NCBI RefSeq assembly: GCF_018350175.1
Contig: NC_058368.1
Span: 207,764,001 to 207,828,000, forward strand
Source: Felis catus
Taxonomy: Eukaryota
Length of the DNA stretch: 64,000 nucleotides
Direction: 5' to 3'
Shown here: positions 38,923 through 51,810 of the stretch, piece by piece
Layout: every line of letters begins with the position of its first letter
Numbering within the stretch: position 1 is the first letter of the stretch
Made by a program: the position numbers and the translations under genes
Notes under the pieces: model-generated
Databases searched by the model: none
Seen by the model: only the letters and a program-made list of their open reading frames with translations
What the model was told of the DNA's origin: nothing

Positions 38923-39453
38923 TGCTAGGAATTTACCCAAGGGATACAGGAGTACTGATGCATAGGGGCACTTGTACCCCAATGTTTATAGCACTCTCAA
39001 CAATAGCCAAATTATGGAAAGAGCCTAAATGTCCATCAACTGATGAATGGATAAAGAAATTGTGGTTTATATACACAATGGAGTACTACAGGGCAATGAG
39101 AAAGAACGAAATATGGCCCTTTGTAGCAACGTGGATGGAACTGGAGAGTGTGATGCTAAGTGAAATAAGTCATACAGAGAAAGACGGATACCATATGTTT
39201 TCACTCTTAGGTGGATCCTGAGAAACTTAACAGAAACCCATGGGGGAGGGGAAGGAAAAAAAAAAAAAAGAGGTTAGAGTGGGAGAGAGCCAAAGCATAA
39301 GAGACTCTTAAAAACTGAGAACAAACTGAGGGTTGATGGGGGGTGGGAGGGAGGGGAGGGTGGGTGATGGGTATTGAGGAGGGCACCTTTTGGGATGAGC
39401 ACTGGGTATTGTATGGAAACCAATTTGACAATAAATTTCATATATTGAAAAAA
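38923..39453 (+). mobile_element. young 5'-truncated feline L1 (end of ORF2 plus 3'UTR)
   Basis: ORF2 C-terminal peptide TCTPMFIALSTIAKLWKEPKCPSTDEWIKK; G-rich 3'UTR, AATAAA, A tail; 15-bp TSD aaaaagttcagcctc 38908-38922/39454-39468. Confidence 0.96.
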
Positions 39454-39663
39454 AAAAAGTTCAGCCTCACTTCAAACCAAAAAATACAGTTTTAAATGGT
39501 AAGATAATTTTTTTCCCCACCAAAATTAGAGCTGGTATAGGTTAACATTCACTCTTGGTGTAATAAATTAATGACAGAATTTAAACTAAATAAGAGAATC
39601 AGACCCTATTATTGAAGATTTAGAAATACGTTCACAATACCTGTGAATTTAAAGACAAAGTCA

Positions 39664-39857
39664 GGGGTCCCCTGGGTGGCTCAGTCAGTTAAGTGTTGGA
39701 CTCTTGATTTTGGTTCAGGTCATCTCACGGTTGTACGGTTGAGCCGAGCCTCGGGGGTGCTCAACAGTGGGCATGGAGCCTGCTTAAGATTCTCTTTCTT
39801 CCTCTGCGCCTCCCCCACTTGCACACACACTCTTTCAAAACATAAAAGTAAGAAGAA
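39664..39857 (+). mobile_element. older CAN-SINE
   Basis: ggggtcccctgggtggctcagtcagttaag head. Confidence 0.88.
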
Positions 39858-39889
39858 TACGACAGTCAGAAATTTAATTAAGGACTTTT

Positions 39890-39956
39890 TTTAAATTAAG
39901 TACTTTTTAAAAAAAGTCTATTTTAATTTTAAGAGAGAGTGTGTAACTGGGAGAGG

Positions 39957-40004
<48 letters not shown>

Positions 40005-40122
40005 CCCAGGCAACTGCCAGCTCGGAGCTCAGTGCAGGGTTGATCCCATGAACCATGAGATCATGACCTGAGCTGAAGTCGAGAGTCTGATGCTCAACTG
40101 CCTGAGCCACCCAGGCACTCCC
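39890..40122 (-). mobile_element. CAN-SINE with (GA)n
   Basis: reverse SINE; degenerate TSD taattaa(g/t)gac. Confidence 0.9.
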
Positions 40123-40352
40123 TAATTAATGACATTTTGAAAATAATAAAAATTTGACATGTCAGTGTATGGGATGCTTGGGAAAGCTATAGTTAGAGTT
40201 AACTTACTGTAAGATGCTTTTATAATTAAGCAAAAAGCATTGAAAATGAGTACGTGAGCCCAAGAAATAGAAAAAGAAGGAAAGAAAATCAATTTTAAGG
40301 TAAGCAGGACAAAAGCAACAATGAAGAGTCTTAATTAAAGAAAAAAATTATT

Positions 40353-40568
40353 GGAGCGCCTGGGTGGCGCAGTCGGTTAAGCGTCCGACTTCAGTTCAGG
40401 TCACGATCTCGCGGTCCGTGAGTTCGAGCCCCGCGTCAGGCTCTGGGCTGATGGCTCAGAGCCTGGAGCCTGTTTCCGATTCTGTGTTTCCCTCTCTCTC
40501 TGCCCCTCCCCCATTCATGCTCTGTCTCTCTCTGTCCCAAAAATAAATAAATGTTGAAAAAAAAAATT
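40353..40568 (+). mobile_element. young SINEC_Fc
   Basis: TSD aaaaaattatt. Confidence 0.95.
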
Positions 40569-40595
40569 AAAAAATTATTTAAACAATCTATGTCA

Positions 40596-40818
40596 GGGGC
40601 GTCTGAGTGGCTCAGTCAATTAAGTGTCGGACTCTTGATTTTGGCTCAGGTCATGATCTCATGGATGGTGATATCCGAGCCCTGCCCCCAGCTCTGCACT
40701 GACAGTGCAGAGCCTGCTTGGGATTCTTTATCTCTGCCCCTTCCCTGCTTGCGTGCACGTGCTCTTGCTAGCTCTTGCTCCCTCTCTCTCTCTCAAAGTA
40801 AATAAACATTAAAAAAAT
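40596..40818 (+). mobile_element. older CAN-SINE
   Basis: ggggcgtctgagtggctcag head, CT tract, aataaa tail. Confidence 0.9.
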
Positions 40819-41300
40819 CTGTTAATTGGAAGAGAAACATACACAGGTACACAAACATATACACACTATTGTTTGAAAAACATAGAAACAAAAGATTAAT
40901 ATACAAATGAAGAAGAAAATAGGAGCTTTTTAATTATGAGATAATTTTTATGTATATTTGAAATGAATGGATTTCAATCAACTAAAAATAGAAAATAGTA
41001 GATCAAAAACCATAAAAGTACTTGATGAAATAATTGCCTCCAAAAAGACTCATTCAGGTAGTTTTGTCTTAAAAAAATTGTTTCAAGGAACAGAGAGAGT
41101 TCTTATATAGTATAATATAAATGAAAGTATTAAAATATGTAAACCTACCAATTTTTTAATGAAACTATCATTTTATATACATATACACATAGATACATGT
41201 ATACACACACATACCTATACACATACATAAAGTAAAATAATTAGAAGCCTCCTTTGTTTACATTCTAAAATATTTATCTCAGATCAACATTCTATATTCT

Positions 41301-41509
41301 TTAAAAAAATTTCTTTTAATATTTATTGTGAGAGAGCAAGCGCACGCGTGAGCAGGGGAAGGGTAGAAAGAAGAGACACAGAATCTGAAGCAGGATCCAG
41401 GATCTGAGCTGTCAGCACAGAGACCGATGCAGGGCTTGAACCCACAAGCTGTGAGATCATGACCTAAGCGAAGTCTGACGCTTAACCAACTGAGCCACCC
41501 GGGCACCCC
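41301..41509 (-). mobile_element. CAN-SINE
   Basis: TSD aacattct(a/g)tatt. Confidence 0.92.
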
Positions 41510-42251
41510 AACATTCTGTATTATTTTTAATGGTGGATCACTATAAATACTACAAACGTTAAATCCTAATTTGTATTGCTAAAAACTTTCAGCCAAGTTA
41601 GTAAGTTTAAATAATAAATGAAGTTTATGTGTTGGAAAGAAGATACTCTTTGTAGATGATATATCTGGAAAACTCAATCAGCTGAAAAACAGAACTTTAG
41701 TAATTCAATACAGTGGCAACATGTGACAGTATAGATTTGATAGATTTATTTTGTGTTTCTGCAATAATCAGTAAGTATAATAGAAAAAGATACTATTTCC
41801 AAAGGAGAAAAGAAAACTGTATATAACAAATAAACTTAGTAAGAAATATGTAAGACTTGTGTGTGTGTGTGGGGGGGGGGTTACTTTTGACTTTTGAATT
41901 TGTCCAATTGATTCTCAGTAATATACAACTAACCTGTATGGGTTGAAATGAGAACATTGGTTGTCTGTGTAGTGGAAGGGGTGGTGTTAGGGAACTTTCT
42001 AGGATGATGAAATTTGTGTATCTTGATTGGATGTTGGTAACGAGAATAAAAATTACTCAAAATTTGTTGAACTGTAGCATTAAGATCTGTGGATTTTACT
42101 ATATGTAATTATGCCTCAATTTAGAAAAAATACAAGAAACCTAATTCTAAAATTAAGCTAGAATAAACTGGAGAGATCCAACCATGTAAACATTTTTGAG
42201 AGACAATAAATGGAAGAGAATGGAAAGGTTTTTATTTTTAATTTATTTTTT

Positions 42252-42483
42252 ATTTTATTTTTTTTTTTAATTTTTTTTTTCAATGTTTATTTATTTTTGG
42301 GACAGAGAGAGACAGAGCATGAACGGGGGAGGGGCAGAGAGAGAGGGAGACACAGAATCGGAAGCAGGCTCCAGGCTCTGAGCCATCAGCCCAGAGCCCA
42401 ACGCGGGGCTCGAACTCCCGGACCGCGAGATCGTGACCTGGCTGAAGTCGGACGCCTAACCGACTGCGCCACCCAGGCGCCCC
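42252..42483 (-). mobile_element. young SINEC_Fc
   Basis: near-consensus CpG-rich body, long T tail, TSD ttaatttattttt. Confidence 0.95.
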
Positions 42484-43111
42484 ATTAATTTATTTTTTAA
42501 AAAGCTATTAAGCTAAATTATTAAGAGAGAAAAAAGGAAAAAGAATTGAGTTGCAGACTCTGGTAAATAGAAAATTTTAGTATATCAGAAGGATAAAAAT
42601 CAGGTTGGGAAACATGCTGGGATAATTGATTAAACATTTGAAAAAAATTGAGCTATCAATGCAAAACTCAATTTCCTGACAGATTGAAAACTGAAATGGT
42701 GGTCAATGAACTCATTTAAAACACACGTATGTACGCACATGATCAGAAAATGCCTGATCTTTTAAGGGAGCTGTTTCTGAGCTTAAAATCTGAAGTTAAA
42801 TTGCAAAACAGATAAAAGGTTTGAAATTGGTTGAATAATTTCTTGCAATTGATATGGAAGAAGAACTATTCCAGTAAAATATGGACAAGACACAGAAAAA
42901 GCAATTCAGAGACGTGAAAAAAAATTCAGGGTTTGGGGAGGTATATTCAGTGACTCTTATTAGATATATGTTATTCATGTTTTAAATGTCTTTGACTAGA
43001 AAGTTTTTCAAGTAAGAAAGGAAATTAAGTTTCAAAATAAAATCCCCGATTTATTACTTTTTATTATTTATCTCCTACGTAAATTTATTAAGTTTTTCTT
43101 TTTTATTTTAG

Positions 43112-43281
43112 CACTTCAGAATCCAGAGGTGGTGGCCCTTCGAGGTGGACTAAACACCATCTTGAAAAATGTGATCGATTGCCAATTAAGTCGAATAAAT
43201 GAGGCCCTCATTACTACAATTTTGCACCTACTTAATCATCCAAAGACCCGACAATATGTGCGAGCTGATGTAGAATTAGAG
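43112..43281 (+). CDS. RICTOR: RICTOR exon 8 (170 nt)
   Basis: attttag|CACTT...TTAGAG|gtagga; (A)LQNPEVVALRGGLNTILKNVIDCQLSRINEALITTILHLLNHPKTRQYVRADVELE. Confidence 0.97.
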
Positions 43282-44259
43282 GTAGGAACTTTAATATCCT
43301 TTTCTAGTTTTAAGATATGACTTTAAGTACATACTTTGAAATTTTTAAGTTAACAGATGCAGCACAGCATTAATTACCAAACCTAAATTAATGAAGACTG
43401 GCTTATCCCCAGCAGTATTTTATAACTCATTCAGTTTGGACTGAATTGAAAATAGTCTTCTCAAGGATATTTCATCAACATGTAAAGTGAAGTTGTTGTT
43501 TTTTATTATCTGTGAAAACTTTATTAATCAAATTTGAGCACAAGTCAGGTTACATACACATTTGTTTAAGAGAACCATTTCTTTTTAAGAATTTTAGTAC
43601 ATTGTGTGAATAACTCCTGCTAATTATATACTACTTACTTATTAACCCATGCTAAAATTCTCTGAACTTGGAAATACTTGTTAGCAACTCAAAGAAATAG
43701 AGTACGAATCTTTGTTTTTAAAATACTTTACAATTTAATATTTGGGTATGAAATTATGCAAGGTATAAAAGATGTATTGTTCTGTTATGTATCTGTCTAA
43801 ATTATTTTATGAAAGTTGTCTTAAATCTTGTAGTCTGGTTTTATTAGGGCTAGTAGAAATATTTGAGGTTATAAAAGTGACAGCCTTTATAATTAACTAA
43901 CATATTTAAGTACAATATTCTCCTTAGTTAAGTGATTTCAAATATGTTCATTATTAATGGGAGTCCAATGGGAATAAACTAGCACTTTTGATATGTTTAG
44001 CCTGTTTTTTTTTAATCAAGTAGAAAAACTATAATTTTAGCATTGGTGAGACAATTATAGTAAAGGAAGGTAATATAATAGGCCTGTTTATTATTCCTAT
44101 GTAATTGTAAAGCAGATTAGCAAAGACTGAAGTGAAAAAAAAAAAACCCTCAAAAGAATATGGCAGACATTTAAGTACACTAGTATCTTTGCTTGTATAT
44201 ACTTCTTTAAAGCCACAAATGTTAGTTCTTTTTTCCTTTAACAAGATTTCCCCAGAATA

Positions 44260-44600
44260 GCATAGTAATTTGGAGCATAGACTTTGTACTATACAGATCT
44301 GGTTTTGATTTTTTGCTCAGTGACCTATTAGATTTATGACTTTGGCTAAGTTATAAGCCTTTCTTGGGCCCATTTTTGCTTAGGTAAAATGAAGGTCATG
44401 GTTTTCAACTCAAAAGATTTATTGTGAACAGTAAATACTATAATAATAGTAGTGGTAGTAACACCAGCCGACACTCATGTAATGCTTATAATGAGTTAGA
44501 CAGTATTTCTGGGTACTTTATATATGTTGATTCTAATGTACATAAAATGTTTTATTTAATACCTAGCACATAGTAAATATTCAACGAATATTGGTTACCC
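44260..44600. mobile_element. MIR fragments
   Basis: ggagcatagacttt...tatgactttggctaagtta...cctagcacatagtaaatattca. Confidence 0.6.
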
Positions 44601-44959
44601 TGGATATTAGTCATCATCATTATATAGTGTGCCAAGAGAATATTGTCCTCACTTTTATTAATTATATGTTACAAAATGTGATTCTGATTTGATACTTTGA
44701 TTTCCATTTACTGCATACAGAAGAACTGTTTTCATTGCTACTGTCTCTATTGTTAGCCCCAAATCTTCCTCATCTTAAAAATCCCTTTTTAAATTTACCC
44801 TGGCATTTATTTCTACTATCTGGGATACGTTTTAGCCTCAGACAGAAAAATGTATGGATTTAATATAATAGTGTTATCAGAATAGACAGTCTATCAGGGT
44901 TGTAAATTAATTGTAATTTTTTTATAGTAAATTTTAAAAAATGTATTTTTTAAACTCCT

Positions 44960-47620
44960 ACTTCAGAGTAGAATGGGATAGCTCATAGCATCTGTTATGG
45001 AAACTAGAAAAGCTGAATAATTAGGAAAGTCATATATTTAAAGCAGTATAGAGCTGTGTAAGCAGTAAAATTCTAGACAAGGAAGATTCTTTGAGAGTTG
45101 CCCTGAGCACCTAGAGGTGCCTTTGGGGCATTTGCAGATTTGGGGCCTAGGCTAACAGCTAAGAACATGACGTGGGCCTGGTAGAAGACCAGACTTACTT
45201 GGCAGTCATGCAGGTATGGAGTGACAAGCCTAGAAACAGGAAAATTCCTCAGACCACGTCTGATTTACCCCTTTAGACATTTGCTGAAACAAGACTGTGC
45301 AGGGCAAAGGCTGTGATGTCCAGTCCTGAGGAAAGCATGGTGGAATATGCTGCAGCTCCCAGTGCATGCAATTGCAGATGGCCTGTAGGAGGGGCCGTGG
45401 GCAAAAGTTGGAAGGCCTAAAAGTAGTGAATTTACACTGGTCATACGCAACTACTTTTTTTCTTGGGGCCACTTATTGATTAACATATAATTAGAAGCTG
45501 AAAATCCAGGTAGGCCTTTGCTGGGATCAGAAAACCAAAAGAGCTTTTGGCATTTGTGTGGTACTAAGGTGACAGAATTGGATCTTTCATAGCTGATTTC
45601 CTGTTCTTGACACTTCCCAAATTCTGAAGCCATTCTGGGTGGATAGCTAAAGATCTAAGTTCAAAACTTAGGAAATATGTAGAAAAGATCCCTAGTCTCT
45701 TATTGCTGAGGAGAGAAATAGTGGCTAAGCTCTGTTGAAAGCACCGGAAGATCATACTTCAGGAACATAGGAAAACCAAAGGTATACTTAGTCTCAGAAT
45801 TACAAGGTAGTCTCAATTTAACTCGGTTGGTGATAAGGATAAGATGATCACCACCAGCCCCCATTAATCTACCTAACAGAGGAAAGGATAAACCACCTCT
45901 GGTTGAGATAACATCGCTTAGACCTTTTATAATATTCACAATGCCTGACATTCACTTATTAATTTGAGTGTCATGCAAAAAGATACAACCATATGACTAA
46001 AAACCCAAAAGAGAAACATCCCCACAGGTGATCCAGGTAGTGCAGGTAGAGGGAAAAGATTTTAAAACAACCATGAGTAATTTGTTCAGGAAAATGAAGG
46101 AAGAAAATAGATGAAATAATGGAGAATTTCACCAGATAATTGGAATATACAAATAAATTCAATGGAAGTTCTCGTACTGAAAAACAGAATACCTGAAATT
46201 CTGAACTCCATGAAAAATTCATTTTGGACAAGAAGATATTATTAGTAAATTGGAGGAAAAGTCAATAAAAATATCCAGGGTAAAGCACGGAGCGGGGACA
46301 AGAAGGAAATGAACAGAACACAACAAAAGTGATAAAACAGAACTTTGTCTTTAGAGAAGAAAGAGAAAATGGGCAGAAGCAAATATCTAAAGAGACAGTG
46401 GCCAGAACTTCTGTTTCTAAAAGTGATAAAGCTTCATGTTCACAAAGCTTAGAAAACTCCAAATAAGGAAATATGAAGAAAACAACATGTATGCACATCA
46501 TGGTAAGGTTGTTGAAAACCAAGATAAATAAAAATCTTGAAAGCAGCTCCAGGGGGAAAAGAAAAAACAAAAAGACATCACTTTCAAAGGAACGTAATAG
46601 CTGATAGCTGATTCCCAACAGAAATCATGGAAACTAGGAGATGGTAAAATGGTATCTTTAGAATACCCAAAGAAAGAAACGCCAGCCTAACCCAAAGAAA
46701 ATGTCTTTCAAAAACAAAGGGAAAATACAGATGTTTGAGGCTAAGAAAAATGAAGAAAAGACCAAAGAGAATGTAAAGAAACAGTACGCTTTCTTGGATT
46801 ATTTGCCCTTATGTCTGGAAGACACTATAACAGCCCAAGGGGAGAGGTACATGTGGGAGGAGCTGAGCTCTGTTGCCAACTAACTAGCACATTGTGAGTG
46901 AACCATCTTGAAACAGTCTTCAGGTGACTCTAGTTTTGACAGTATTTTGACTGCAGTCTTGTGAGGGACCCTAAACCATAACTGCATACCTAAGCCTCTA
47001 GTAGATTCCCGACTCACAGAAACCATATGAGATCATAAATATTTATTGTTTAAAAAAATGAGACACACAAAGAATGAAAGAGTAAGGGGAGTCCTCAGAA
47101 GGAAAATGATCTAAGACAAATAAGGAAATGTTGGAAGGAATGATGCATGATAGAAAAGGCACAGAGGTGACTAAATATAAAAGAATACCGATTGGCAAAA
47201 GTCATTTTAATAATGTCTTATGTATTTTAAATTCTGTTTAATATTAAAAATTAGACCACAGTAATGCAGGAGGCACAATGGGAGGGATGGTAAACCTGAT
47301 ACAGTGGTTAAAAGTTTAAAATGAGTGAGTTTAGCAAGATTGCTGAACACAAGAGCAATATACCAAAATGACTTGGATTTTTTTATACTAGCATGAAAAG
47401 AAGAATGAATGTATAAAATAAAACCACTTAATAATGTTCAAAAAGAAGCAAAACTAAGTCATAGTTTTAAAAGTCAGGATAATAATCTGGGGGTAGGTAG
47501 TGACTGAGTCGAAAGAAGGAATAAGGAGACTTTAAGGATGCTAATGTTTTCTTCCTCTGGTGCCAGTTACAGGAATGTGCTTAGTTTGTGCTTAGTTACA
47601 CCTCAATTTAAAAGTTAAAA
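44960..47620 (+). mobile_element. old L1M 5'/ORF1 region, sense
   Basis: gagaaaatgggcagaagcaaata, aaaaccaagataaataaaaatcttgaaagcagc; approximate. Confidence 0.65.
46790..47055 (+). mobile_element. MaLR LTR fragment (MLT1F-like) inside L1
   Basis: ggagaggtacatgtgg...gtgagtgaaccatcttga...ttgactgcagtcttgtgagggacc...cccgactcacagaaac. Confidence 0.65.
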
Positions 47621-47811
47621 AATTCGATTGGTACATGAAAAAAATCACTCAAGTATATTCCTTGATGATGAATTTGGAGAAATAAGTCTCTCAAATAGTA
47701 TACCCAATCAAAGATATAGATAAGTGAAATTAACTTTAACTTATTACAGGAAGAATGCATTTTATGATAAGGACCATTTTTCTTCTTCTTTTTCTCCTTT
47801 ATTTTTATTAG

Positions 47812-47879
47812 CGAATTTTAGCACCCTATACCGATTTTCACTACAGACATAGTCCAGATACAGCTGAAGGACAACTCAA
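47812..47879 (+). CDS. RICTOR: RICTOR exon 9 (68 nt)
   Basis: ttattag|CGAATT...CTCAA|gtaagt; RILAPYTDFHYRHSPDTAEGQL(K). Confidence 0.97.
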
Positions 47880-48814
47880 GTAAGTACCACTGGTTCCTAA
47901 TAACTTACAAGGAAGTGTGTTGCTCTTAAAGCTTTTAGATTTGCCTGATTGCTTGTAGAGCCAGAACATGTAAATTTAAATAAATTTCCTGTTTCATGGA
48001 GTTATGTTATAGTTCTCATAATATAATTAACTGTGGTTTAAAAAATTAAAAATAAGCTATGAGAAATTTAAAGACTTGGAATTAAGCTCTTAATGAAAAA
48101 AATATAAGATGGGCTGTGGTAGAAACCTAGATCTTTGTTTTTCTCTTGTATGTATTTTTAGCATAATTGCATTGAGAGACTAAAAGAATGAAAAACGAAA
48201 GGGAATAGAATGAAGAGCTACCCTAACAAACTGAGTAAGCAGAAAGATATACTCTGTAGAATTTTGAAAGTAAAGTTAGTAAGGAAATAAAAGGAGAGAG
48301 AGAAAAGGTTGTTTTCTAGAAATAGGGTAATTTTCAGAGTTTTTTTTGGAGAGAAAAGCACATGTTCACTAGGTATTCTGAGATAACTGTAAATTGATTC
48401 AGGGAATCAGTGTATTATCAATGTATTAATGTATTATCTGTGAAGATTTTGCAGAGGGCATAATTACAATAAATATATTATGAAGTGTTTTTCTAGTAGA
48501 ATTGTTTGATTGCAGACATAAATAAGTACTTACTTGATAGATAGTATACAACTTAAAATTCTTAAGTTTTAGAATATTACGAAACGGAGATTTTTTTTTT
48601 TTTTCATTTTTATGAAATAGTGGTTTTAGATCTTTAATCACTTCTATCCCTGTGGACTCATCACACCCTAACATTTCATGATCTGAGCTAAGAAATCAAA
48701 AAAGATGTTCTCTAAGACTTCTCAAACCTTACTCCTTATGGATTGGGATTCTTTTAGCCCCTTTCTTGGCTTTTCCTTATGATACTTAGCATTGTCCTTC
48801 TTGATGGGAGAAAT

Positions 48815-49316
48815 ACACTTTCTATTGCTACATGACAAATTACTATGAACGTAACAGCTTAAAATAACATCAGTTTATTAACTCATAGCTCAGTAGGTCA
48901 TAAGTCTGCACAACTCTTATCTGGGGATTCTGATGAAAAATCCATTTCCAAGCTCATTTAGGTTGTTGGCAGAATTTACTTCCTTGCTATTGTAAAACTG
49001 AGTTCTCGGTTTCCTTGCTGTCAGCTGGGCCTACTCTCAGCTTCTGGAAGCCACTCTCTTTCTTTGGCACATGGCTCCCTCTGTCTTCAAACAGAAAAAA
49101 ATTCCTGGAACCCTTTACTTTGAATCTCTCTGACTTTCTCTTCTACCACCAGCTGGTGAAAGCTCTCCAATTAGATCAAGTCTACCAGATGATCTGCCAG
49201 GCTGTATAACATAAATTAGTCACAACGTGGCAGTGATACCATATTCACAGTGTCGAGGGATTAAGGCATAGAATCTTCAGGGGTTGGAGGACGTTTTTTA
49301 GAGTTCTATCTACCAG
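48815..49316 (-). mobile_element. MaLR solo LTR (MLT1E-like)
   Basis: ttctattgct...acaaattac...gcttaaaataaca; tccaagctcatttaggttgttggcagaatt; ends agagttctatctacca. Confidence 0.75.
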
Positions 49317-49567
49317 GATGAATGAGAGATGAGCCTGGGTATTTTTTTAGAGTTGGAGAGGGAAAAGTACATTCCACCAAAATCCTTCCTTACCTGTTTG
49401 GTTCTACATATTCATTAAGTTCCTAGAGTATGGGTATTTCCTAGAGTATAGGTACATTATGGCCAGGAAACAAGGAAATGAGTGATTTTTTAAAAAAAAT
49501 GCTACAAATTTATTGAATATGTTAGAGAATGGATTACCAGGCAGTCACTATAGGTGTGTCATTCACA

Positions 49568-49827
49568 TTTTTTTAAATGTTTGTTTGTTTGTTTGTTGAG
49601 AGAGAATGCATGAGCAGGGCCCCTCTCTTGCTCGCTCTCCCTCTCTCTCTTCCTCTCGAGAGACAGAGATCCCAAGACAGAGATCCCCTAGAGAGACAGA
49701 GGATCCCAAGCAGGGTCTGCACTGTTAGCTAAGCCTGACACTGAGCTCAAACTCAGGAACCGTGAGATCATGACCTAAGCTGAAACCAAGAGTCAGACAC
49801 TTAACCAACAAAGCCATCCAGGCTCCC
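49568..49827 (-). mobile_element. CAN-SINE with internal inversion and duplication
   Basis: reverse SINE containing a CT block in the wrong orientation; degenerate TSD tgtca.t.acattttt. Confidence 0.85.
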
Positions 49828-50479
49828 TTGTCACTAACATTTTTAAGAGAAGGAGCACCAGAAGCTTTATCCCATAGTTGTCCAGTTCTCATTTCTTTCA
49901 CCACCTCATCTCCTCATTTCAGTTTCTGTTGCATTCTCATTTATTTGATGCTGCCAAGCTTAGGGTGGTTTGTTTGTGTTTATTGTTAAGTGTTTCATTC
50001 CTCTTTTGTAGACTCTGATTACTCACCATTCTTTTCACTTGATTTTCTGTCTTTTTTTTTAATCCCCTCTGTTTTTGCTTTCTAAGTTCTCAATTTCTGT
50101 ATTCTCAGACCTGTTTAAGGATTTTATTAGGAAAGAAAAAAGATAGCACAGAAAAAAACAGACACAGAATAGAGGTGGGGTTGAGGTGGCATAAATAGTG
50201 TAAGATTGCTATTAAGTATTGAAACTGGCCATAAGCCATACATGGAAAATATATAATGAATGTAAATAGTTCTATTGCTTAATTAGTGGTCATGAACTAT
50301 TGTATGGGAAAGAACAAGTGAGACAGTTTGGATATACAATTTTAAGAGAAGAAAGCAGCTGTTGATATTAATATCTAGTTTTTTAATAATATCAGTGCAT
50401 ATATGGGTTGTTGGGCTTGCTTGTTAGAAATGTTCAAATAAATTTGGGCAAGAAGTTTCAAGTAAAGAGAATACATGTT

Positions 50480-50585
50480 GGGGCACCTGGCTGGCTCCAT
50501 CGGAAGATCATGTGATTCTTGATCTTGGGGTCTTGAGTTCAAGCCCCACGTTAGGAATAGAGGTTAAATAAATAAATACTTAAAG
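50480..50585 (+). mobile_element. short CAN-SINE without CT tract
   Basis: ggggcacctggctggctc...gagttcaagccccacgtt...taaataaataa. Confidence 0.8.
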
Positions 50586-50679
50586 GATTACATGTGGCAA
50601 AAGTAAAAGGTAATTTTCTTTGCTAAGCCTTGTGACAGAGATACTTATTAAATAGGGTGTTGCTGCTTCTAGTGCTCAA

Positions 50680-50895
50680 ATTTTTTTTTTTTTTTAACGT
50701 TTATTATTGAGAGACAGAGAGAGACAGAGTGTGATCAGGGGAGGGGCAGAGGGAGAGGAAAACACGGAATCTGAAGCAGGCTCCAGGCTCTGAGCTCTCA
50801 GCACAGAGCCCGACGCGGGCTTGAACTCACGAACCGCAAGATCATGATCTGAGCCGAAGTCGGACGCTTAACTGACTGAGCCACCCAGGCACCCC
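50680..50895 (-). mobile_element. CAN-SINE
   Basis: TSD tctagtgctcaa 50668-50679/50896-50907. Confidence 0.94.
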
Positions 50896-51207
50896 TCTAG
50901 TGCTCAATTAAAGGTGTTAATGAGGTATCTAAGAATAGTTTTCAGAAAGAGTAGAAAAAGTCGAACTAAATTAAAAGTGGAATTTATAACTTATTTTAAA
51001 CCAGTATGTTGGGAATTTTAAATTGGGGTGGGAGTCAGTATATAATTGGGTAATTTTCTTTGAGGTAGATCTTTTTTTTTTTTTAACATGTTATTTCCTG
51101 TGTGAACATTTAAATGTTGATAGGTTTTTTTCTAATACAGTAGAAAAAAATCACACTTTTTTATTTTAACATTTAATTTCTTGGGTCTCTGCTCCACTTT
51201 CAAACAG

Positions 51208-51275
51208 AGAAGACAGAGAAGCGAGGTTTCTAGCCAGTAAAATGGGAATCATAGCAACATTCCGGTCATGGGCAG
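51208..51275 (+). CDS. RICTOR: RICTOR exon 10 (68 nt)
   Basis: caaacag|AGAAGAC...GGGCAG|gtaagt; EDREARFLASKMGIIATFRSWA(G). Confidence 0.97.
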
Positions 51276-51469
51276 GTAAGTTACTCTGCTGCTTTAACAT
51301 CCAGTAAGAAAAACTTGATTATTTCTTCATATGTTAAATTACTATTGCATCATCTGATTTAGATGTTAACCTAGTCTTAACTTTATACATTATTATTAGA
51401 GTCAGAGGGATTTGTACAAAATTACTAAAATGGTCTATTTGTAAGTCAGTGTGCTAATGATTAGCAGAG

Positions 51470-51810
51470 CAATTAAAAAGTCTTTCTGTGGACATGAGCT
51501 TTCATTTGTTCTAGGTAAATACCCAAACAGAATTTCTGGGTCACAATGTTTATGCATGTTTAGTTTTTTTTGTAAGAAACTGACAGACTTTTTCTCAGCA
51601 TACTTACACCATTTTGTACCCCCATCGTCAGTGTATGAGAGTTCCAGTTGCTCTGCATCCTTGCCAGCATTTCGTGTTGTCTTTAATTTTAGCCGTTCTG
51701 ATGGGTGTATAGTGGTATCTCATTGGGAATGTCATTTGGATTTCCCCAATGACTGAATATTGAATATTTTGTCTGTGTTTATTGGCTCTTCACATAACTT
51801 CCTTTGTGAC
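51470..51810 (-). mobile_element. L1MA/L1MB-like fragment, antisense
   Basis: gtatgagagttccagttgctctgcatccttgccagca...ttttagccgttctgatgggtgtatagtggtatctcatt. Confidence 0.75.

Noticed and set aside
38958..39221. 87-aa ORF MHRGTCTPMFIAL...
   Set aside because: C-terminal fragment of L1 ORF2 in a 5'-truncated copy; non-autonomous
45230..46618. Cluster of overlapping minus-strand ORFs
   Set aside because: Inside old L1M sequence, short, mostly low-complexity, with no recognisable protein
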